Part shown: one piece after another, positions 50,306 to 62,908 of the stretch
Position numbering within the stretch: position 1 is the stretch's first letter
Layout of the letters: each line of letters begins with the position of its first letter
DNA from: Halocafeteria seosinensis
Taxonomy: Eukaryota
Length of the DNA stretch: 63,681 nt
Reading direction: 5' to 3'
Assembly: GCA_001687465.1 (NCBI GenBank)
Contig: LVLI01000027.1
Location: 1-63,681, forward strand
The notes under the pieces: generated by a model
What the model saw: only the letters and a program-made list of their open reading frames with translations
Database searches by the model: none
Told to the model about the DNA's origin: nothing
Program-made: the position numbers and the translations under genes

Positions 50306-53300
50306 ATGAGCGAGCACTTATATCGCTCGTCTCCAGTCCAGCAAGAGGACTTCCTCGAAAATTCCGGCCTGGAGGCTGAGGAGGATGCGCTGCAAACGGC
50401 CACCGCTTTGCCGCCGGCGAGGCTGACACCTTCCTCGAATACATCGTAAGTAGGCAAATGTGTCATTACAGTACGATTCAATCAGAGTAAGAGTGATTTC
50501 TCGTCCTCTCGTTTCCTTACTCTCCTATTTCCAGAAGAAGTTTGGTCAAGGTCTTTGCCAGAGTTCGCCCCTTCATTTCCCTTGAGCAAGACTCCAAGAC
50601 AGGTTGTATAGAGACGACTGATGATACGATCTTTGTTTCCGGCGTAAGCTAGCGTTTAGCAGACTCAAAGCGTTCTAGGAGAACTTAAAAACCATGCTTA
50701 ATTTGCAGGATTCAAACACAAGGAGACGTTCTACGGCGTTCACTTTTGACCGGGTGTTTGGCATGAACGCCAGTCAGCATGATGTATTTGCTTGCGCCCG
50801 TCCTGTCATAGAAGGTACGAGAGAGTATTAACGAGTCGAAACTGTCCTCGCTTGACCTTGTACTTGCTAACCCATCCAGGAGTCTTGCAAGGTTACAACG
50901 GAACGATTTTTGCTTTTGGACAGACTGCCTCTGGAAAAACTCATACTATCCAGTAAGCGTGTGATAGAATTTTTGGCAAACTATTTCCCGTTACCTAGGG
51001 AAACCGGCATCCGATACAACCGCAGAGGAGCCGATGTATTTGAGCCCTTACAGCAAGGGGTACTCCCGCGAACTATCGGCTTTCTTTTTGACGTATGTGT
51101 ACTTCAACTTTATTCAAAAACCAAACTGTCAAACCGATGTCTCTTGCTGGGCACAGGCTGTGGCTCAAGCAGAAGAATGCATGGAGTTTACCATCAAACT
51201 CTCTTGTATTGAAATTTACATGGAAAGAATCAGAGACCTACTAAATACTAGCAAAAACAATTTACAGATAAGACAAGACAATGTTAGAGGAGTGTTTCTT
51301 GAAGACGTTACGGAAGAGTATGTCGCTTCACCACATGAGATGCTTGGACTCATAGCGGAAGCTACCGCCAACAGGGCAGTCTCAGCAACGGGCATGAATG
51401 AAGCATCATCCCGCTCACACTGCGTGGTGACCACTATTGTGGAGATCCGAAATACGCGGAGCAACGATGGCGCTCGCGTAGGGAAACTCCATATAGTAGA
51501 CTTGGCGGGATCGGAAAGCTTGCGACGGTCTGAAGCAACAGGACAAACAGCAGCGGAAACGAAGATTATCAATAAATCACTTTCGGCTTTAGGGAACGTT
51601 ATCTACCAGCTAACCTCAACACGGGCTAGCAATAAGAAGCAATCACTGAGAGCTGGATCTCCAGGTGTAGAGAACTCAAAAAAGGATGACTGGGAGCATG
51701 GGTCTGCCATCAGCAGCCCGTCAGTCTCCACGTCAGTGAATAGCAAGAGAACATCGTCTTCCTCAAGAAGCCGGCATGTATCCTACAGAGACTCAAAACT
51801 TACTCGACTGTTGTCAGAGTCATTAGGAGGAAACAGTCGCACTGTGTTGATTGTTTGCTGCTCTCCAGCTGCCATCAATGTTAGCGAGACTCTTACGAGT
51901 CTCCGATTCGGTGACAGAGCAAAGCAGATTAGGAATAAGGCCACAGTAAATCGCATTCGCACAGAGAAGGAAATGGAAGCACTCCTTGCGAAAGCAGAAG
52001 AAGCAATAGACGCTCAATCCTCATTAATCAAAACGTTGAGCAAACAAAACACTCAGCTAAAGGCGAAGCTACGTGAAGCCCAAGCTAAATCAGAAGCCCT
52101 CGAGGCGCAGCTTAAAGACCACGTTGAACTCCGTGACTCGAAGGAGAAAGAACCAGGGCCCGGGGAACAAGAACAACAACTACCCAATATGGAACCAGAA
52201 GTACCGAAAGAAGTTCCAGTAATAGCTGCGATGCCGCACGAACATCAGAGCCAAAACCTGAAGCCTGCAGAGCTGAAGCTAACCAAGACCCACAACGAGA
52301 GTATATTTCCCGAGGTTCCCGCGTCGTTCGCACAGGATGCTATGGAGGTGGTAACACTCCGGAAGAGCTACCGAGAACTGGAACGAAAATTGGAAGAGTC
52401 CCAACAGCAATATTCCGAAAAAGAAATGGAAGTTAATTCACTAAGTGCAAGTTTGGCCGAAGCAGAATCTGTTCTTGCAGAAATGCGAGGGAATCTTAGC
52501 GAACAACAGGAAAAAGCTCAGGAAGCTACCCAAGAGGCCAAAGGCCACAGAGCCAAACTTGCAGCTGCTCAAAAGACGGAAGAGGCACTAAATAGCATCA
52601 TGCACGTGGAACTCAAGGAATCTAAGGCTCTGGCAGACAAGCTTCAGAGAGAGAAAAAGGTGCTCGAAGAACAAATAAGCGAGTTACAAGATCGACTAGA
52701 AACGCAACATCAAGATCATCAGGGCTCCATCCATGAATTGCGAATGACTGTCGCGCAACTCAAAAACAGGCTTCGGACTGCCGCTGCCGAACGAGATCCA
52801 AATCTTGACGAGAAAACCTCCACACTGATGAAGGAGTTGCGGCATCAATCCGATGATCGGTTATTCAGATATGCGGAACTGAAATATCAGGCGAACGAGG
52901 TATGTGTTGGCGGGTGAGAGTATGGTAATCTATAAGTACATTCTTTGTCTTGATGCAGCTGGTTTCGACGCATAGACAATTGGGGCGGAAATACGCAGTA
53001 TTAGATCAGGAATATGTAAATACTAGAAAACTGCTCCAGGTAATGCATTGCAAGAGATGCCAATGTAGGGACTTCTATGTTACCAAATTAAAACTTATAA
53101 CTATGCAGGTCAGAGAAAACAGACTAAAACAGTTGCAGGCGTCGTATGTCACCAGCTCCACGGAAGTGAGACGGCTCCGAGCAGATCATGCAAAAACTTC
53201 CCAGGAGATGCATCGCATGCTTTCATTATTGAAACGATTCGCCGGGGATGACAACTTAACAAGCCAAGAAGCTTTGGAGGCGATAAACGACATTGAGAGT

Positions 53301-53624
53301 ACATTGCACTCGCCGCGTCAAGGGGAACAAAATCCCATGGCGGCGGAACTGAACTCGACACCTACGACTACTCCACACGTAGTCAAACCACTTCGAGGGG
53401 GACAACGTAGTCTACGGAGTGATAAGGGGGCCGTGAAGTTATCATTCGATGAAAAGCAGGGAAAGGATGGAAAAGGTCAAACTATACCTCCAAACTCACG
53501 AAGCACACATGCCATGGGCCCTGGTACTGGAATTGATTGGAAGGAAACGATGCAACGCCGTGGTACTGTCAATGAGACTGTGGAAACAGACGAAAACTCA
53601 AGCGACGAGAATGGCAACAATTAA
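50306..53624 (+). CDS. Kinesin heavy chain, kinesin-1-like; multi-exon
   Basis: [17 protein letters not shown]-loop [33 protein letters not shown] and [10 protein letters not shown], then a coiled coil and an IAK-like tail VVKPLRGG. Confidence 0.92.
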
Positions 53625-53648
53625 ATGCTGTATCTATCCCGTGCCAAG

Positions 53649-54790
53649 TTAATCGACAAGCTCTGGATACGAAAGCACAGCAGGGATTAAGATGCAGTAT
53701 AGCACCAAGGCGCCAAAGCATATGTAGTACCACTGCATTAACCCAAAGAGATAAAATATTCTCCAGAACGATAGTTTCACTATCAGCTTACCGTATCCGA
53801 TATGCCTTGCCGTCCAGCACGTTCTACTTTGGCGGTATTGCAGGCGTCGATGATTTGCACTGCCGAGTCCCAGCACAGGACGATAGGAATGAGCACCCAT
53901 CTGTCCACAAAGCCGAAAAAAGTGACACAATATTCATCCAGTAGCGGGGTATACCTCAGAAAAAGTTTACCACTTCAGGTGCACTTACAGTCCATTCATA
54001 AAGAGCAAGTAGATCCACCACAAAACCATATCTCCCACAGTGCCAAACGGCGCACCCCTAAGTTGGGTGGTTCCAAATAAAGCCTGAGTTACCCATTCGG
54101 GAGCAAACCTGCATAGACAAATCATATCACTCGATCGCAGGAACTGTACGATAGCATGCTTCGTTTCACGTACGTCATCCACCCTCCATACAACTCGCAG
54201 ATTCCTGAAGCATCGACAGTAGATAATTCGCTAACTTCCGCGAGAACCCGGGTTGTAACAGTCATCAACATACCTATGGCAAACTGGAGCAAGTGCCGAT
54301 ACGGCTGCCTCGTATACACGGCGTAGATGGCCAAAAGTGCCAGAGGTCCCATAAGAAACACAGTCAAGATCTCCCTGCAGCGAGTATATGCCGTTGAAGA
54401 TACTTCCAGGCCGATATGGATTCGTTTCGAACCTACAGGGTCATGACGTCCGCGTTGAACACTTCCCAACGAGGATCTGCCTTGGAGTAGAGTCTCCAAG
54501 CCTCGCAGATAGCACCCATAATCCCAGTTGTAGGGCCATACTTGGCTCCTCCGTAGAACGCCACCGTGAGAACGTAGCCAAGTTCCAAAGTCAAGTGTGT
54601 GATGGCATCCACCTGCATCGCCACACAAGGAATACGGTAATGATATGCAGAGTGAGACATCAGAGTATGTGAATGAGTGTTCGCTTGCTCGGTGCTGACG
54701 TACAATAAACCACAAGATAGTGAAGCGTGCGGCCGTGGTGAGTGGTTTGCTGTATTCCTGTACATTGAGTTCGCTCTTTGAGGACGACAT
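53649..54790 (-). CDS. Emopamil-binding protein family (EBP/EBPL, EXPERA domain); multi-exon
   Basis: WFI|VDAITHLTLE, WRLYSKADPRW, EILTVFLMGPL, RHLLQ, CELYGGWMT|FAPEW and WIYLLFMNGL. Confidence 0.9.
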
Positions 54791-55328
54791 CGTGGTATTG
54801 AAGTCTGACTTTAACTCTACTTTTTCTCCCGAGGATAAGCAAAATTTTTTTGAGAATTAAGAATGACAATCCTTCTTTGTAATTGAATTCTAAACTATTT
54901 CGAAATCATCACTCATCCGCTGCAGTGCACTGCAGCACTGGGAACTCAATGGCCCTAAACTTTCCACTGTGAGTAACAGCATGGAACTGGCACAGTGAAA
55001 TGAGGAAGCAAAGTGGTTTCCCGCTCGTAAGAATATGAAGTGGACTGAGTTCCTTCTTCATCTTCAGACAAGTGGAAGTGTGTGGGAAGTTCCGCAGCAA
55101 TGCTGTTCACGTTACTCATCCTTCCTTCGGAGTTCCTTTCCAGGTATTTACCCTCGGTGATTCCATTAATCGAAACTAGCCTTGAATAAGTCGAACCATC
55201 TAAAATTTACCCTTGTTCTACACGCATTTCCTGCCTGGCAGGACTCCCTGAGCCATGCCTCTCGCCTAGCAGAATACACACCTAGACTTTAATCGGGAGA
55301 TTATCACCTCTATATTCACTCTCCCTTT

Positions 55329-57289
55329 CTAGCAGGTACAGTCTGCAGGAGTTATTGTATCCAAGTACTCCTCTTCACTGCTGTCCCAATCATCAAGGGC
55401 ACCTGCCGAGCCCGGTTGCTGGTTAACAACAACATTGTCCTCTTCATTTTCGCCTTCGATGTCTATCAATTTGCGCAGGAATTCCTCATCCTGCTGTGGT
55501 CCCCGTTGAACTGTTCGTGATTCCTTGTTACCTGAATATTCGTCTATGGCTGTAACATGCAATACACCCTTGCGATCCAACTCAAACGATACACTGATGG
55601 AATACAAATTTTCTCTTGGCAGCAAATCCACCAAGAGCCCAAATGATAATACGATACGGTTGTATTCCGTATTAGCGCTTTCTCCTTCAAAAACTCGAAT
55701 TGCGACGGACTCTTGCCCGGCCTTAAACAACTGCTGTTTCCTCACGGGAAGAAGAGTATTTCTCGGGATCAAAACATTCATCACTCCTCCTGTAGTTTCA
55801 ACGCCTAACGATAAAGGAGTAGTGTTGCATAATGTAATACATTCTTCTTCATGTTTGTTCAGAAATTCACCCTTCACAGCAGCTCCATACGCGAGGGTTT
55901 CAGCGGGGTCGACTTCTGCTGGAAAGGCGGTGCCGCCAAAGTAGTCACGCAGCATGGTTTGAAGGCCGGGAATACGTGAAGATCCACCCACAAGTATAAC
56001 GCGGTTGATATTCTCTCTCTCTAGGCCTGAAATAATTACTGCTTCCTCCACCGTCCTCAGCATGCCCTCAAAGACGTCATGCGCTGTTCGTTCCAAGTCT
56101 CTACGAGAGAGTATAGCAACGAAATCAGTTCCGTTGTAAAACGAGTGTAACTCTAGTAGTGCTTCTCGGATACTGGAAAGAGTATGTTTCAGTCTTTTAC
56201 ATTCCAGCCGTAACTCCTGCAGTTGAGCGAGTTGCTGTGAAATGTCTTGCCCTTGGTAACGGAGGAACCTATCGACGAACTGCTGAAGTAGGCGTTGGTC
56301 AATCAAGTCTCCGCCAAGACTGACGTTGCGGCTCGTAGACAGAATCTCAACAGCAGCAGAATCACTTTGCACTATGCTTGAATCAGTACTGCGTCCACCA
56401 CTATCAAAAATCAGTGCATTGACCCCGTCGGATCGGTCGAGTCCATATGCCAACGCGGCCGCGATGGGATCATCAAGAATCCTTTCAATATGAAGACCCG
56501 CTGTTGCTGAAGCATGCTTTAGCGCGTTCCTTTGCTCATCCGTGAAATATGCCGGCACAGTTATGACCGCCTTCTGAACAGTTTGCCCCAGATAGCTCGC
56601 AACAGAATCTCTCATTGCCGATAATAAGACAGCCAATACTTGCTGAGGAGATACTCGTGACAATGACCCATCTCCATTCTTGTCTACCTGGCAGTAGAAA
56701 AAGTCATTGAAGAGCGAATCCACTCCGAAACCAAATCAGCATGCCAGCGCATATCCCGGCTTACCTCGATATAGGGCATGCCGTCTTGGTTGACAATCGT
56801 GTACGGCACCCTCTTGATACTCTCCTGGACGATTTCATCGTCGAATCTGCAGAGTTCAATCTCATCGAGTTCCTCTGTGTTTCCTTGCTTCATCACAGAC
56901 TCTCACAGCCCACCTACCTGAGACCAATCAACCTCTTCACGTCAAAAACTGTATTGTTGGGGTTCAGAATCGCCTGATGCTTCGCGGCCCGTCCTACCAG
57001 CCGCTTGCCATGACTCCAAGCGACGTACGAGGGGATCCCTTTCATTCCGTCCTTGTTGGGGATAACTCTCACTTTCCCATTCTCGGAGACCGCCACATAC
57101 GAGTGCGTAAATCCAAGGTCAATGCCGACTATGGGCTCTGGTTCCAGCGTCTCGACAACAAACTCGGCACTCACTGCATTCAACAAGTTCAGAGCGTACG
57201 TAGGGCACATAGCAGCCTGACACCGTCATACCTGAACATATACTGTACAGCAAGCAAGCGCCGTATACCCATGGAATCATCCAATGCAT
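55329..57289 (-). CDS. Divergent BiP-like Hsp70 with signal peptide, lacking lid and ER-retention signal; four exons
   Basis: GIDLGFTHS, NTVFDVKRLIG, AVITVPAYF, AAALAYG, LVGGSSRIP and PLSLGVETTGGVM. Spliced leader MHWMIPWVYGACLLYSICSVSA. Ends ...ITPADCTC. Confidence 0.88.
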
Positions 57290-57636
57290 AGCGTCTGTGA
57301 AGATTACACCCAACTGCGTCTTTTAATGACGTATTTGCAACATCTCCTCACAAACAACCCAGAATGACTAGAGTTTTATATTAGGTGTGTGTTTGGTGAA
57401 AACAAAGCATTCGATTCATGAACCACTAACTTCCAGCCTCATCCGCATCGTGCACTTCACTTCCATGCGGACGTTGGACCTCGTTGGTGAGTGGTGAATG
57501 GACTTGTAAAATTTCTAATGGATTGTTTCAGTGTGAAAATGTTCTTATTTGCATGTAGTGACTGCCATTGTTGGATAGTTGATATTGGTGTCGTTTTCCA
57601 ACGACACTGGCTGATTTGGCCACGGTCAAGTGAATA

Positions 57637-58988
57637 ATGGCTCCATCGGACCTCCATGAGAAGTATACGAAACGTGTGTGCTGCAAACTGCTTTGTCCTA
57701 TTTCAGACTGCACGGAGGTAAGTCATAAGTGCGGAGCTTTCAACTCGTAGAATACCCCCTGCATGGTGGTTCTATGGTTACGCAGGTAGAGATAGAACAA
57801 CAGCCTGAGCATTTAGCAGCCGTGTTGAAGCCTCATAAGTGTAGTATATACTGTTTACCCTTTCCTTGTATTGGATGCTGCTGTGGAATCTGCTGTCATA
57901 CGATTGATGTATGTCTGCCAATTGAATAGGGTGTGAATTTGCCCGTAGCTATGGTTGCGTTGCTTGGGACCGCAGGTGCATAGTAAGCCAAGCGAGCTAT
58001 CAGGAAGGAGAATTATGTATTATTACCACTGACTTATTGAATTGCAAAGCAGGTCTGGATAAGCAAGGAAATCTTCGTATAAGCCGTCATGGTATTTGTA
58101 GTACTCAGGAAGAAACACATGAAGATATCGTCAGCATGGGGCTTAACTTAGGCCTGCCCCAGATGTTCGGGGTTAGTGCTATGCGTGAGCATTTCAGTTT
58201 AGTCCGCCAATATGGTGTTGCTATGATTCCTTTGGAAACTTCATGCGTTGTGTACTTTCCAGGCACGCCGGAGTCATGCTCCAGCGTTTGAGTATTTCAG
58301 ATCAGACGGAACAACAATCCCGCTAACTGCTGGGAACTGCGCGCCAGAAGTCAATAGAGTACATGAGAAGCAAAAGTTGAGCGGTATAATCAATGAATTC
58401 TTAAAAGAGCGGAGAACTGGTAAGTCTTCATTCCAAAGCCTTGTTCTGGAATCTTCTGTCTTCCCACAGTGTTAAGGCTGACTTATTCCAGATGTCGGAC
58501 AGGCGACTAATCCTAACGAACAAGTTCAAACGCTGTTATCGCAGCTTGGGGGTGCTCAGTTTGGAGCAGCTCAACTTAGAGCAGCTCAACTTGGAGGTGT
58601 TCAGTTTGGTGCAGCTCAATATGGAGGTGCTCAGTTTGGGGGTGCTCACCAAGGAGTTGGGGCGGCACAACAAGGAGGAATTCACCAGGCTTTGGCAATG
58701 CAACTAATTTCACAGAGCCGTAATCAGCAGCCTACATGGCAAGCTTCAGCTCCCCAGATGGACGATGCCGGGGGAATCGATATGAGAACATTCGCCAATG
58801 CTTCCGTTCCGGTTGTGTCTTCGTCAACAACCTCACCAACTCCAGGTTCTGCAGCGGAATCCTCGATCCCCCACGGGAACATATACCACAGTGATGAGTC
58901 CGCGAGGGATTACACCGATAACTCGCAGAGTCTCCCGTCGTCAACTCCTTACATGCCCGATGAACCTCCACCATCCTACCAAATTTAG
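57637..58988 (+). CDS. Uncharacterised Cys-rich membrane protein, paralog 1 (six exons, PPxY tail)
   Basis: MAPSDLHEKYTKRVCCKLLCPISDCTE|...LPFPCIGCCCGICC...D|VH|SLDKQGNLRISRHGIC...DGTTIPLT...INEFLKERR|...EPPPSYQI. Exon-by-exon similarity to the two downstream genes. Confidence 0.8.
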
Positions 58989-59960
58989 ATATCTTCGCGG
59001 GTCCATGTCCCGGGTGCCTTGCTTATTCGAGAACAAGGGGATGCATCGTACTGCTACAGCGCTAGTCCCATGGTTGTGAATGAATTAAAGAAACCATTTA
59101 GTCAGTGGTCACTGAATGCTTGCTTCAAGTTCAGACGAAGTCAAACAACTTAGTTAGACCAAATACTACGTTAGCTTGTCGCTGTGCCACGTGATTCCCG
59201 TTTTACAGTTTCGCGGATGATATGCGATCGAAAATTCGCTAAAAATAGCCAATGTTTGCCGATTTCTTTCTTCCGGTTCTACTTTCTTGCTTTTCTAATT
59301 GTGGTTTATTTTCTAAATTGTGTTTTCTGCTTTCCAAGCGATCCCAGCAGGTTGTTGGTGATAGGACTAAAGTTACACCATATCTCTTATCTGACTGAAC
59401 TTCGAGAGAAATTGTCGGATGAACTTGTTTCATAAATTAAGTGTCGGAGAAACAGAAACGAACGAAATTTCACACCTGCTTGAGTGAGAATTGGTAACTA
59501 CAGTGGGAGCTCCTCTACTTGGTATTTCCATTCCAAAGCTGTGATGCCGAAAACACAAGCCCTCCCCGCGCGATTATGGCCATTTTTCGATTCGAATGAG
59601 TATGCTACCACTACTGGTAGAGGTGTGTCATAGACACACACACACACGTGTGACAGATACCAGGTAGTCTACACTGGCTTGTACGTTGTACTGGTACCAA
59701 CTGCGCGAGTCAACTGCGAGTTAATCGGAGTGTGCGACGCTGTTTTATCCTTTCCCGTGTAGTTTTGTCTTCACTGTTGGTTTGTTAAACTGCTTCACTC
59801 TCTTAGTAGCATTCCTATTACCCCCGTTGGGGGACTCGAGTGGATAGCTGCCAGCAGGCTGTAGCGTAAGACAGCCGGGGTCCTCGCTGAGCTTCGAACG
59901 TATCTCGTACGGTACGGACTTGATACCTCTATCACAGGCATAAAAACAAAAAAAAAGAGG

Positions 59961-61301
59961 ATGAGCTACAGAGAACTAAAGGAGCAATATAGCAGTAATG
60001 TCTATTGTAAAATGCTCTGCCCCATTTCCGATTGCTCGACGGTAAGCTTTGCATTCACGAGTGAGTGTATGTATGGCGCACCATGTACTGTGGTACTGTA
60101 TATATATACTACCTATGACAACAGTTGTACGTACCAGAGGGGCAAGACTTGGAAAATGGAGAGGAATTCTCGTTTGTTGTAAAGCCTGACAAGATTACGC
60201 TCTATGTTGTGCCATTTCCATTGATCTCCTGCTTCTGCGGACCATGCTGCTGCCGATCCTTCGACGTACGTAGTACTGCGTGATGATTCCTTCTTTATCC
60301 TTCCTAACGCGTTTCTACTCTTGCAGGTACATAGTAAGTGGGGAATGAGTAACCATGTTGTTCATATTGCCTTATGAATCCGCCCCCGGTCCAGGCGTCT
60401 CGAAGGATGGAGTGCTTCATGTCTCTCGGTATGGTGTCTGTACTAGCAGCGAGACGAGGTACGAAGACATAGTGGGCATGGATACTTCGGTGACGTACAA
60501 TGATGGCAATACGCTCGTGAGTAGAGAGTGGACAAGAACATATGTTAAGTTAGGGATCTTCATCCCATATCGGTTTTTAATGTATCGCTTGCAGTACAAA
60601 TTCAAGTACAAACTTTCGGACGGAGCTGACGGCATCTCTTTGAATACTGGACATTCCAACATTGGTGTTGGTGAGAAGCAAGAAGCCATGCAAGCAGTAA
60701 ACACATTCTTAAAGCAGAGGAGAATGGGTATGTATTTTGCCGCGGGTCCCCGTCGTGTCACTGGCCTCCTATTCGTCGATGTCTCTCCGATGCAGCGAGT
60801 GGTGGAGCAGCGCTCTTCCATACAGACCAGATGGAGTTGCTTTCCTCTCAAGTTTCTCAAGCTGTGTTGATGGCTCAGCAACAGAATCCAGCGGCGACGA
60901 ATATGGCGGGCCANCAACAACCAGGAATGGCCATGGGTGCAAATGCACAAGGACAGGTTCCGCCCCAGTTTCTTCATTTGCTACAACAGCAAAATGCGAT
61001 GGGTGCTCCACAGCAGTCGCCAATGGGAGCCAATATGCAGACTCAATTTACTGGAAACAGCGCATCAAATCCCACTCAGCAGTATCAGCAGCAACACCAT
61101 GGCAGCTCTCAGTACGCGAATCAGGGCAACAATGCCTTCTACACGGAAGGAGGGTATACGCAGCAATATCCTTCCGATGTAACCTCAGAACCAATGGCTT
61201 CTCCGCACAATGCTGACTCGACCTACACTGACAATTCGCAAGGCCAAACAACATCATCAGCGTACCAGCCCGAGGAGCCGCCCCCTTCTTATCAGATTTA
61301 A
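59961..61301 (+). CDS. Uncharacterised Cys-rich membrane protein, paralog 2 (six exons, PPxY tail)
   Basis: MSYRELKEQYSSNVYCKMLCPISDCST|...VKPDK...PFPLISCFCGPCCCRSFD|VH|SVSKDGVLHVSRYGVC...VNTFLKQRR|...EEPPPSYQI. Confidence 0.82.
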
Positions 61302-61830
61302 TATCCTGATTGCACATGAAGAGCTAGGGCGATAACGGTTCACGACTTAGTCGACACTTTCTTGAATTTGAGATAAGTATGGCACCTTGGAAAACTCACA
61401 GCACTTCAAAACAATAGTGAAACAGTTGCCAGCACTGCAGATGCTCAGCTGAACGCATCTGAGAGTATTTCTGGCGGCTGCCGATCACGCAGTAATAAGA
61501 AATGCCAACACATTTTGCTGAACCATCGTTCCTTTTTTTTCCCGACCACCGTGTTTTTTTTTGGTTGCATGTGAACGTGCGACCGGCACGAGAGGACGCA
61601 AGGAAACCAGCGTCCCAGGGAGCAGCAGGCACCATAGCTCTGATGACTGTATGCGGGTTGTCATACTATTCAATTCTTTGGAAAAGACATTTGATTTCTC
61701 CATTGGAGTGAAGCACTGGGGCCAGAATATCTCCGTCTCCACGGCACAAAGCACTGCTGAATACATGCTGCCCAGAAGCAGCTGTCAGTGAGTGTACGAA
61801 TCCTAGGGTGTTGGGTGTAGAAGCGCAGGG

Positions 61831-62908
61831 ATGACGACTTCAACAGAATTGCGGCAGTATTATAGTCGCTGTGTCTACTGCAAAATGCTCTGTCCCATAT
61901 GGGACTGCTCTACTGTGAGTCGGACCGGACAATTGAGGCGGCATGTAAGGAGCATTTTTGAGCACGATGAACGATGTACCTGCAGGTTCACATACCCGAG
62001 GGCCAGGACTTGGTCAACGGAGAGGAATATACGTTTGTCATAAAGCCTGACAAGACCTTGCTTTGTTGCGTACCGCTTCCCCTAATTTCAGTCATAATCG
62101 CGCCTTGCTGCTGTACTTCTTTCGACGTAGGTACCTATCTAGAGAGTCTTGGCACTACACGTTCACACGTTTTCGAAGTTCTAATGTCTTCTCGTGATGC
62201 ACACTACAGATACATAGTAAGGCGGCGTCTAGTTTTTTCCTAAATCTAGTTTTGGACCCAGACGCTCCCTCACTGATGCTGATGCGCAGGCGTCTCGAGC
62301 GATGGACAGCTCCGCGTGTCCCGATATGGAGTATGCTTTAGCAGAGAAAAGGTGTACGAAGATGTTGCAGGAATGGATTCATTCGACAGGTGTGGCGAAA
62401 GCAATCGGCTGGTGAGTAATTACCTAATCAGACCGGATGTCTGCCAGCTTCGTTTGTTTATGTACTTCTAAAACTAGTGCATCACTGATCGCTGCAGTAC
62501 AACTTTAAGTACCGGTATTTGGATGGAAGTTTTGGGATCGCCTTGAATTCTAATTACTCAAACGTTGAAATCGGGGACAAGCAACAGATAATGGAGGCCG
62601 TGGAAGGTTTTTTGAAACACAGAAGAAGGGGTACGGACCTTTCAATTGTCCATATCCAGCTCCTCCTGCAGCATTTGTTTTTCCACGCAGCCGCTGGTGG
62701 GCAGGCACTTACCCATTCGGATCGAATGGAAGCTTTAACATCTGGCGTTTCTGTGGCTATGTCAATGGCACAACGGAACGCTGCATTACTGAACAACATC
62801 CACGAACAGTCAGAACAGTCAACGGCAAGAAATAAGCAAGGATACGTCCCCCCTCAGTTCTCGGGTCTGAACAAACAGCAGAGTAGCACCGAAGACCCCG
62901 ATCAGTAA
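61831..62908 (+). CDS. Uncharacterised Cys-rich membrane protein, paralog 3 (C-terminally truncated)
   Basis: MTTSTELRQYYSRCVYCKMLCPIWDCST|...IKPDK...PLPLISVIIAPCCCTSFD|IH|SVSSDGQLRVSRYGVC...VEGFLKHRR|...VPPQF...EDPDQ*. Confidence 0.75.
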
